Shown: positions 45,985 through 56,729 of the stretch, piece by piece
How positions within the stretch are numbered: the first letter of the stretch is position 1
Layout of the letters: the number at the start of each line of letters is the position of its first letter
Assembly: GCF_030684315.1 (NCBI RefSeq)
Contig: NC_081369.1
Location: forward strand, 17,756,658-17,817,753
Origin: Stegostoma tigrinum
Taxonomy: Eukaryota
Reading direction: 5' to 3'
DNA length: 61,096 bases
Program-made: the position numbers and the translations under genes
The notes under the pieces: model-generated
What the model was told of the DNA's origin: nothing
Databases searched by the model: none
Seen by the model: only the letters and a program-made list of their open reading frames with translations

Positions 45985-48900
45985 ATGGCTTTCCTTTGGA
46001 TTCTCTCTTGCCTGGCCATCCTTGGCACAGCTTATGGACGGAGTATGTTAATATCTACACAGTAGTTTCTATTTCTATTTTACTTGCAACTGTGATGGAT
46101 AACTTGATTCCTATTTGTACTGACTTCCATTATAGACTGTGGAGTCCCAGCCATCACTCCAGTCATCACAGGCTACTCAAGAATCGTGAATGGTGAAGAT
46201 GCAGTTCCAGGATCTTGGCCCTGGCAGGTCTCCCTGCAGGTAGGTCAAAGCTAACATTTTTGGTCTAAGTAATTCTTAGTCAGGTAACTGTTAAATTATT
46301 AACCTAATTAAAAAGGCCACCAGTCTATTAAAATGGCAAGTATTAATCATCAATTTTCAATGAGGGTCCTGTGTTCATTTCATTCAGCATTGAATTTCTG
46401 CCTGTAGTTTAGTTGAGAAATACATTCTAGGGAAACAAATCATTTTTTTTTGTATAAAGTTGATAATACAAACGGTACATCATCAATGGGAATATGCTGC
46501 TAAGAGCTGAAGATCTTGTGCATGATCTGATCAAAACAGGAATGTACCTGTCAAAATTAAACTTTGAACCAATGATAGGGCACTTCTATTGCGCTGCTGA
46601 CTCACATTTTGAGCATTGTTAAAAGTGCAAAGATTAATGCTTGCAAGACAAATAATCCTAACAATAATAGTTCAAATATTGGATTTTCTTTGAGTGATTA
46701 AAACTTTCTTTTCTGCATTAGCAAATGAATGGCTTTCATTTCTGTGGTGGCTCCTTGATTAACGAAAACTGGGTTGTCACTGCTGCTCATTGCGGTGTGA
46801 GGTAAGGTCAGAGCATTAACATCTTCAGAGACTACATTAAATGTATCAAGGGGCATTTACATAATAGCCTGACATTCTTTTGTAGCACAAGACACCTTGT
46901 CATCATTGGAGATTACAACAAATGCACAGATGATGGAAAATCTCAGGCCATTTCAATTGCTCAGGTAGGAATGCTTTACTCCTGACAATAAGTCTCATTC
47001 AAGATTGTGTTGATTCAGTTTAAAAGTAAAAAGCTGAAATCAGTAACTGTCTTTAAGAGAATCTAAAGCAGTAAAAGAATATTTATGATATTATTATTAT
47101 TCTTTGTGCTAGTTTTACATTGTCCCTCATTTAATATAAGCTTCTTTCTCTATAGAATTTACTACTCTTGCTGTAAATAATTATTTTCCCAACCTCAAAT
47201 ATCCAACTAATTTTAAGAAAACTAGAGATCCAGGTTGTTTTACTATGAGCTTGTCGGTTCAGATAAGTTCAGGCGAGAGCTCAAAGTGCTTTTTTGAACA
47301 GTGTTTATTAACACTATGTGTATGATGGTTTTGCTCTGTCTGAGGCTCCTTTTGTTACGATCTTCAAACAGAGTCTCTCTCACATGACTCCTGGTCACTG
47401 ATTGATCACAGGCTTATGTGCATAGCCCTCAAAACCTACCTTTGCATAGGCCACAGGCTCATAATGCAGGAAACTACCATGGAAAGTCTAATGTTCATAC
47501 TACTTGGACATCACTGAGGTAAGAGTGGTAGTTCATGGTAAAATATCAGTTGGGAAGGTTTGTGGCCCATAATGTAGGACATTGCCAGAGAAAGGACTGG
47601 ACTCGTAATGTATGACATCACCAGGATAATGAGGAACATACCACAAGCTACAACTAACACTAATAATGCAGAACATTTTCAGTAATAGGGCCAGGATGAA
47701 GGAAATTGCTAGGAAAAATCTAAAGTCTTAATTCAGACCATCACTGATTGAAAGCAATAGCTAAGAGCAGAAAAATCAAGAAGTGGTTGGCAGAACCTAA
47801 CCCTAGTCTTATGTCTTGCAGGCCTTTACTCATCCTGACTGGAATCCGAGCACCATTAACTACGACATCACTCTTGTGAAGCTTGCATCTCCTGTCACAT
47901 TCAGTCAGTTTGTGTCCCCTGTTTGTCTTGCTGGTGCATCTGGCAATTTTGCTGCTGGCAAACTGTGTGTCACTACAGGATGGGGGCTGACCAACTCGAA
48001 TGGTATGATATCGCCATTGCTTTGAACTGAGCAAAGTTATGTTGACTTCTGTAGCTAGGTCTGAGGGGACTAAAACAAGTTGGATATGTAGTGCTGGGTG
48101 TAATAAAGGAGGCGGGGCCCTTTAGTCATGAGAGAGGCCCCCTGTCAGCCTCCCAGTGACCTCTGCCTTAGTCAGAGTGTGGAAGGGGCTGTCACAGGGT
48201 GCCTGTGGTGGCAGGATGCCAATTAAGCTCATTAATGAGTCAACAAAATGTGAGGCTGGATGAACACAGCAGGCCAAGCAGCATCTCAGGAGCACAAAAG
48301 CTGACGTTTCGGGCCTAGACCCTTCATCAGAGAGGGGGATGGGGTGAGGGTTCTGGAATAAATAGGGAGAGAGGGGGAGGCGGACCGAAGATGGAGAGAA
48401 AAGAAGATAGGTGGAGAGAGTGTAGGTGGGGAGGTAGGGAGCGGATAGGTCAGTCCAGGGAAGACGGACAGGTCAAGGAGGTGGGATGAGGTTAGTAGGT
48501 AGATGGGGGTGCGGCTTGGGGTGGGAGGAAGGGATGGGTGAGAGGAAGAACAGGTTAGGGAGGCAGAGACAGGTTGGACTGGTTTTGGGATGCAGTGGGT
48601 GGAGGGGAAGAGCTGGGCTGGTTGTGTGGTGCAGTGGGGGGAGGGGACGAACTGGGCTGGTTTAGGGATGCAGTTTGGGAAGGGGAGATTTTGAAACTGG
48701 TGAAGTCCACATTGATACCATTAGGCTGCAGGGTTCCCAGGCGGAATATGAGTTGCTGTTCCTGCAACCTTCGGGTGGCATCATTGTGGCACTGCAGGAG
48801 GCCCATGATGGACATGCCATCTAAAGAATGGGAGGGGGAGTGGAAATGGTTTGCGACTGGGAGGTGCAGTAGTTTGTTGCGAACTGAGCGGAGGTGTTCT

Positions 48901-51675
48901 GCAAAGCGGTCTCCAAGCCTCCGCTTGGTTTCCGCAATGTAGAGGAAGCCACACCGGGTACAGTGGATGCAGTATACCACATTGGCAGATGTGCAGGTGG
49001 ACCTCTGCTTAATGTGGAATGTCATCTTGGGGCCTGGGATGGGGGTGAGGGTGGAGGTGTGGGGGCAAGCGTAGCATTTCCTGCAGTTGCAGGGGAAGGT
49101 GCCGGGTGTGGTGGGGTTGGAGGGCAGTGTGGAGCGAACAAGGGAGTCACGGAGAGAGTGGTCCCTCCGGAAAGCAGACAGGGGTGGGGATGGAAAAACG
49201 TCTTGGGTGGTGGGGTCGGATTGTAGATGGCGGAAGTGACGGAGGCCCGAAACGTCAGCTTTTGTGCTCCTGAGATGCTGCTTGGCCTGCTGTGTTCATC
49301 CAGCCTCACATTTTGTTGTCTTGGATTCTCCAGTATCTGCAGTTCCCATTATCTCTCATTAATGAGTCAGTCAGATCTGACTATCCCTGGGCCCACCACC
49401 ATTCAGTACTAGCTTAGGATTTAAAAGCTGTGATATGCGTTTCCCTTACCCTTGGAAGGTCACTCAGCAAACCGTTGTGGGTTTTCAAACATCCTCCCAG
49501 GAGTGTCCCTCACCAGAGGTCACTCTATCCCCAACATCCACAGGGGGATGGCCTTTGAGAGTCAACACCCTCACCTTTATCACCAATCTCCTGACCCCTC
49601 TCTCTCATGGCACCCAACCCAAAAACCCCATCTCGCCTTTACTGACCTTTGGTCTAGGGCTCCCTGAGTATCTGGTGGGTGCACTGCTGCTAGTTACCAT
49701 TGCTCCTGCTGCTGTTGGTGGTGTGATGTCTCTGATTGGCTGACAGTTCTTGACAGGCAGGACCCACACTGCTGCGGATCTTAATCCTGGGTAAGGCCTG
49801 AAGGTAGCCACTTAGGTGCCTGCCTAACCAGCGCTGCCCTCCACGCGCGCCCCCCCCCCCCCAACAAAAGTGTGTCTCCATTGATTCTCCAACTCACGAG
49901 CAAGACCCTTGCCATACTAACAGAATTATGGCTGAAGTCTGTGATTTTGTTTTGTATTTTTCAGTTAAAAAGCATCACATGGGAAAACATAAAAGATTAT
50001 TCCTGAAAAATAGTCTCATGAAGAAAGGTTAAGCAGGTGGGAGTTTACAAGAATGGGAGATTATTGGTACATAAATGATTCTGAAGGGGTTTGACAAGGT
50101 GGCTGTTGAGAGAATGTGTAATGGGGTGAGTGGTCTAGGTAATAATGGACCTTCCAATTAAGATGGGGGAGAGAAAGGATATCTTCTCTTGAAGGGTTGT
50201 TGAATTTCAAAACTCTCTACCTTAGAGAGCAGTGAAAGCTGGGCCAGTGAACATGGTCAGGTATTGTTTAATCAACCGGTTATGATATAATACCAGGAAC
50301 ACGAGAAGATAGGACCTGAACTTGGACCTTCTAGCTCAGTGGTAGGGACACTACCATTGCACCGCAAGAGCCCCAGTGAACATAGTGAAGGCTGATTTAA
50401 ACAGATCCTTGATCTGCAAGAAAGTCAGAAGTTAAAGGGAAAGGAGGGTAGGTAAGCTGGGAAATAGAATCAAGGCCACAATCAGGTCAACCATGATCTT
50501 ACTGAGTGACGAAGAATGCATGAGAAACCAAATGGCCTGTTCCTGCTCATATCTCTCATGCTCCTATGTCCTAGAGAGCTGACTAGTTACAGGTCAAAAG
50601 GTAACAAAGTGTGAAGCTGGATGAACACAGCAGGCCAAGCAACATCTCAGGAGCACAAAAGCTGACGTTTTGGGCCTAGACCCTTACAGGACACCACTGC
50701 TTCTTTGTGCAATGTAACTTCTCTGAGTTCAGTTGTTGCCCTAATACATGTGTAACGAGAGAAGAAAACATTTGATTATGATCCTACAAAGATATAATCA
50801 GATAATATCAGGGCTGGAAAAGGAACATCCAATATACTACTTTAAAATATACCATGAGAGAAGGATAAGGAGACAGTGACTTAAAATAGTGAATAGTAAG
50901 AAGGTGATTCTTCCCGCAGAGAATGATCAACACTTCAATTGGAGCTGTAAGCAGACTAATACGGGAGAGGAAGTTCTAGAATTTCTGAAATGCGGTCTAA
51001 ATGTAGCATAGGAGTACACTGTTATTCCAGAGGGAAGCATTCAAGATCCGCTTAAAGTCTTCTCTATCATGTAGTAGCTTCCACCTATTCAAAATAATGC
51101 AACATGATAAATTCACCATTAATCCATCAGTCATTTAAAAAAAACTCAACAAAACATTTAAAAGCAGAGACATTTGCCCGAGAATGAGCATAATTCAGTT
51201 TGTGCATGGACGTTGCAGCAGAGGTCCCAGGTCTTTCAAGAGGTGGTGTTGTTCAAACCCCAGGCAATGTAACGATGTTTTCCTCTCCCCTTTAGCCTTT
51301 TTTACACCATGCACTCTGCAGCAGACGTCTCTCCCCCTCTTGAGCAACGCTGAGTGCCAGAATTACTGGGGAAATATGATCTCTGATGTGATGATCTGTG
51401 CCGGTGCCGCTGGTGCTTCTTCCTGCATGGTACGTAAAGACCCACAACAGGAAAGGCAACACTTCCCTCTTCATTCTGTGCCGCTTATTCATTCCCGATC
51501 TGTTTATTTGCAGGGTGACTCAGGTGGACCACTTGTCTGCCAGGAGGGAGGAACCTGGTATCTAGTGGGCATCGTTTCCTGGGGAAGTGGCAAGTGCTCC
51601 ACGAGAATGCCTGGAGTTTATGCCCGTGTGACTGAATTCCGGCAATGGGTTGATCAGATACTTGCTTTGAATTAA
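45985..51675 (+). CDS. Chymotrypsinogen B-like paralog 2, 265 aa; exons 45985-46042, 46136-46239, 46722-46801, 46886-46964, 47822-48002, 51296-51429, 51514-51675
   Basis: [35 protein letters not shown]|[19 protein letters not shown]; intact triad ([24 protein letters not shown]). All introns GT-AG; 798 nt in frame. Confidence 0.95.
48243..49356 (-). mobile_element. 5'-truncated Penelope-like element with an inverted terminal piece and a 15-bp TSD, in intron 5 of paralog 2
   Basis: GIY-YIG ORF 48555..49025; inverted arm 49243-49356; CTCATTAATGAGTCA at 48228-48242 and 49355-49369; intact hammerhead-like core at 48303-48330 (-). Confidence 0.93.
50599..50685 (-). mobile_element. Short Penelope terminal fragment
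   Basis: Matches the family terminus; flanked by TTACAGGTCA (50587-50596) and TTACAGGACA (50684-50693). Confidence 0.75.
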
Positions 51676-51698
51676 AGGAGTATGTATGTCAAAAATTC

Positions 51699-51704
51699 AA
51701 TAAA
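51699..51704 (+). terminator. Polyadenylation signal of paralog 2
   Basis: AATAAA 24 nt after TAA. Confidence 0.7.
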
Positions 51705-52450
51705 ACAAAAATGAACATCTACTTGTCGATTCTCAGACTTCTTCTCATAGCATGCCTCAATTACAAGTGTGATCAAGAATGCTTCTGAGCAGATAACTTA
51801 AATAATTAGCAGGGAAAGAGATTTAAAATGGGGGTAGTAATTAGGCACAGTCGCATCAATGGCAGTATGGAAGGGGAAGATAACATCCTCCATCCACAAA
51901 CAGAACCCTAAGTTTGAGTTCTCATTCACAATTTATCACCATGGGAAAGAGTCGAGTTGCTGGGAGGAACTTCCACATGGAGACAGGGATAACAGTCAGA
52001 GGTAGAATCAATGACACACAAAGGACAAGAGCAAGCTATTCATTTACATGAACCATTTCCATCATTCAATGAGATCATGTCAATCAGATTTTCAACCCCA
52101 TATACCTGTTTTGGTTCCATATCCCTCAGAACCCTTGCACGTCTGATGATCTTAGTTTTGGAAGTTGCATTTTGCCTTGTCTCTCAGTGATTTGAAGGTG
52201 TTCTGAAATTCTACTCCCCTGTTTGTGAAGAAGTGCTTCCTGACATTGCTCCTATTTGTTCTGGCTCTGATTTTGATGTGATGTCACCTTAGTTATGGCC
52301 TGTCCTATCAGAGGAAATAGTTTCCTTTTGTGTGCTACATCACATCTTTCAATTACCCTCAACACCAGAATGAGATCACCCTTTAATCTTCTACACCTGA
52401 AGCAATACCAAATTGTTCTTTACAATCAGTTTTACAATCAGTTCAATAAG

Positions 52451-53631
52451 CCAGGTAGACTAAACAGATCATTATAAATCTACAGCATAACTACATAACA
52501 CAAAGCATATGTAACTTTCACCTGATTGTGTCACAGCCCTCTTGAGATTAAAATTAACATTCCGTTGGCTGTTATACAATATTTTAGTTTTGTATATATT
52601 AATAATATATTAGTTTTTAGTGATTATTTTTTGTACATGAATCCTTAAATCTGTCTGCTTTTCCACAGTTCCCAACTTCTTATCATTTAAAAACTACCCT
52701 GATCGAGCATGTTTTATTCCAAAGTAGATGATCTCCCACTTCTGCATATTGTGCTGAGCTATGGACAATTTTGTCTAACCAGATAATCCAGCAAACCCTT
52801 TGAAGCAGTTTACTTTCAGCTCCACTAATTATTGAGCAATCCTCTTAGAATCATCATCAAACTTCAATATAAGGCTCGCTATTTCTTCATTTGAACCATT
52901 GATAAATGTAGTGAAAACAGAAGCTCCAATACAGGTCCCTAGCTGCAACACTCAACACAACCTGCCCAGATGCATATATACTCATTTCCTCAGTCTCTGC
53001 CTTCTACCCCAATCAATTTTCACCTAGGTACAGAGATTGTGTCTAACTTCAAGCATCTTTATTTTTTATAACACAGCATCTAAACACTTGCTGCATGATA
53101 ATTCAGAGGAGGTTTATCACAAACTGGTAAGCTAACATACAAACAGAAAAGCTCTTCTGTGAAACCACGATGGTATCATGGGCTACTTACCATTGCCCTC
53201 TGTGTCAAGGGCACATTATGTTACTTCTGAGCACTGCATTACTTCCTAAGAATGAAATAACTGTAATTGATTAAATTTTGCTTAGTTTTTGGACTTTAAG
53301 ATGCTCAGGCTTTACATTTACATTGTCTTGAAAGAAACAAATCTCAAACTTGTTCAAAAAGTAAGTCGTAAAAGCTTGGCACTGCAGAACTTACACATTG
53401 CTAAAGAGACACAATCAAAATTTTTTTTTGATTTGCACTAATCAGGACTGACACACAAGACAGCAAACTCGGATAGGGAACACAAATTTATACTGCATGA
53501 GAACTGGGTAGATCGTGGTTTGCATGGAGTTCCAGCAAGAACCAGGTAGACTAAACAGATCATTATAAATCTACAGCATAACTACATAACACAAAGCATA
53601 TGTAACTTTCACCTGATTGTGTCACAGCCCT
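52451..53631 (+). repeat. Exact 90-bp dispersed direct duplication (52451-52540 = 53542-53631)
   Basis: Identical by base-by-base reading; the second copy is flanked by CAGCAAGAAC repeats. Confidence 0.9.
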
Positions 53632-53709
53632 GTTAGAACTGCAGCAAGAACTGTTAACTCACAATCCTAATTATCTGAAAGAATTTCAGAGCAGGCAGAT
53701 GGACTATGA

Positions 53710-56425
53710 ATATAGACATTGAACTGTACAGCACAGTACAGGCCCTTCGGCCCACAATGTTGTACCAAACTTTTACCCTTAGCCTAAAGTCTATCTAACT
53801 CCCACCCCTACTTTATACTATCATCCATATGTTGATCTAATAGCCACTTAAATGTCCCTAATGAGGCCAAATCCACTACCCTCTCTGGCAATGCATTCCA
53901 CGCCCTGACCACTCTCTGAGTAAAGAACCTACCTCTGACATCTCCCTTATGTCTACCTCCACTCACCTTAAAACTATGCCTCCTCCTAATAGCTACCTCC
54001 TCCCTAGGAAAATGTCTCTGGCTGCCACTCTATCTGTATCTCTGATCATTTTGTGCACCTCTGTCAAGTCACCTCTCATCCATCATCGTTCAAAGAGAAA
54101 AGCCCTAGCTCTCTCAACCTTTCCTTGTATGATCTTCCCTCCACACCAGGCAACATCCTGGTAAATCTCCTCTGCACCTTTTCCAATGATTCCACATTTT
54201 TCCTGTAATGAGGCAACCAGAACTGGACACAATACTCCAGATGTGGCCCAACCAAGGTTTTGTATAGCTGGACATAACTTCACGGCTCTTGAACTCAACC
54301 TCTCTCTTAATGAAAGCTAACACACCATACACTTTCTTAACAACTCTATCCACCTGAGTGGCAGCTTTCAGGGAACTGTGGACATAAACCCCGAGGTCCC
54401 TCTGCTCCTCGACACTGCCAAGAATCTTTCCGTTAACCCTGTATTCTGCTTTCAAGTTTGTCCTTCCAAAATGAATCACCTCACACTTTTTCGGGTTAAA
54501 CTCCATCTGCCACTTCTCAGCCCAGTTCTGCATCCTATCAATGTCCCTTTGTAACCTAGAACAGCCCTCTGCACTATCCATAAATTGACCCACCTTCATA
54601 TCATCTGCGGACTTACTAATCCACTCTTCCACTTCTACATCCAATTCATTTACAAAGATCACAAAAAGAAGAGTACCCAGAACAGATACTTGAGGTACAC
54701 CACTCGTAACTGAGCACCATGTCAAATATTTTCCATCCACTACCACCCATTGTCTTCTCAGGGTCAACCAATTCTGAATCCGATCTGCCACATTTCCCCC
54801 TATCCCATGCCTCCTTACTTTCTGTGTGAACCTATCATGGGGAACCTTATCAAAAGCCTTCCTTAAATCCATGTATACCTTCATCCACACGTTTGGTCAC
54901 CGCTTCAAAGAATTCAATAAGGTTTGTGAGGCATGATCTACCCCTCATAAATCCATGCTGACTATCACAAATCAAACTGTGCCTATCCAAGTGATCATAA
55001 ATCCTATTTCTCAGAGACCTTTCCAATAATTTGCCCACCATTGACGTAAGACTAACTGGCCTGTAATTTCCAGGGTTATCCCTATTCCCTTTTTTGAACA
55101 AGGGAATGACGTTTGCCTCTCTCCAATCTTCCGGCACTATACCCATGGACAGTGAGGACGAAAACACCATCGCTAAAGGCCCTGCAATTTCTTCCCTCAC
55201 TTCCCATAGAATCCTTGGATAAAAACCATCAGGTCCGGGGACTTGTTTATCTTCAAGTTCGTCAAAATTCCTAGCACATCTTGCTTACTAACATCCTCTT
55301 CCTCTCGCCTACCAGCCTGTTTCACACACCCCTACAACTAGGTCCCTCTCAGTCGTGAAAACCGAAGAAAGGTGCTCATTAAGGACCTCTCCTATCTCTT
55401 TAGGCTCCGTACACAAATTCCCTTTACAATCCTTGATTGGCCCTACTCTTTCGCTGGTCATTCTCTTATTCCTCACCTACGTGTAAAAAGCCTTGGGGTT
55501 TTCCTTGATCCTATCTTCCAAGGTTTTCTCATCCCCCCTTATAGCTCTCCTAAGCCCTTTCTTCAGCTCCTTCCTGCCTAACTTGTATCCCTCTTGAGTC
55601 TTTTCTGTTCCTTGTATCCGAAACCTTATATACGTATCCTCTTCATCTTAACCAGTCGTTCGCCCTCTCTTGAGAACCAAGGCTCCCTCACTTGATCGCA
55701 TCTTCCCTGCCTGCTGGGGACAAACATATCAAGCATACGCAGTATGCATTCCTTAAACATTCTCCACATTTCTATCGTGCCCTTCCCTGAAAACATCTGT
55801 TCCCATTTTATGTTGCCCAGTTCTTGCCTAACAGAATTATAATTACCCTTCCCCCAATTATAAATCTTACCCTGCTGTATGTACCTATCATTTTCCATGA
55901 CTACTGTAAATGTAACAAAGTTATGATCGCTACCGCGAAAATATTCTCCTACCAACAGGTCTAACACTTGGCCCGGTTGATTGCCAAGCACCAAATCCAA
56001 AGTGGCCTCTCGTTGTGTCAGTGATAATGGGAACTGCAGATGCTGGAGAATCCAAGATAACAAAGTGTGGAGCTGGATGAACACAGCAGGCCAAGCAGCA
56101 TCTCAGGAGCACAAAAGCTTTTGTGCTCCTGAGATGCTGCTTGGCCTGCTGTGTTCATCCAGCTCCACACTTTGTTATCTTGGCCTCTTGTTGTGTTGGT
56201 CTATCCACATACTCTGTCAGGAATCTTTCCTGAATGCACTGGGCAAAATCTGTTCCATCCAAACTATTACAACTAAAAAGTTTCCAATCAATATTTGGAA
56301 AATTGAAGTCACCCATGACTACAACCCTGTGACTTCTACACATTTTCAGTATTTGCCTCCCAATCCGCTTCTCCACTTTTCTGCAACTATTTGGGGGTCT
56401 ATAAAAAAACCCCAACAAACAGCAC
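53710..56425 (-). mobile_element. CR1-type (HER1-like) LINE, 5'-truncated in the APE domain, frameshifted
   Basis: YRPP, MGDFNFPNIDW, LDLVLGN (APE); NYRPVSLT, SQHGF, KAFDKVPH, GVPQ.SVLG, SADD (RT). Confidence 0.93.
56019..56183. mobile_element. Penelope foldback forming a perfect 132-bp palindrome, nested in CR1
   Basis: 56052-56183 is self-complementary with no spacer. TSD TGGCCTCTYGTTGTGT at 56003-56018 and 56181-56196. Confidence 0.93.
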
Positions 56426-56729
56426 AGCAGAGACTTGGAATGGCCAAGTTTCAAGGAAGTGAGGCCCAAATCATTTTAATTTCCAGACCTCATCTTCACC
56501 TCGATGAAGCGTCTTCACTCAGTCCCACAGGAATGGCTGATGGACAGAAGCAGGATGATCAGTGCCTTGGGATCAGTTGATTCTTGGGAGCAGTCCAAGG
56601 GAGTTAAGCAAGTTTTTGGGCTTGAATAGGGAGCAATGTAATCTGAAGCTCATGACAGCTATAGGAGGTGGTGGGGAATGGAGGGAAATGGTATTTTCGT
56701 GGGTCCCAGATCCAAACTTGTTCCTATTA

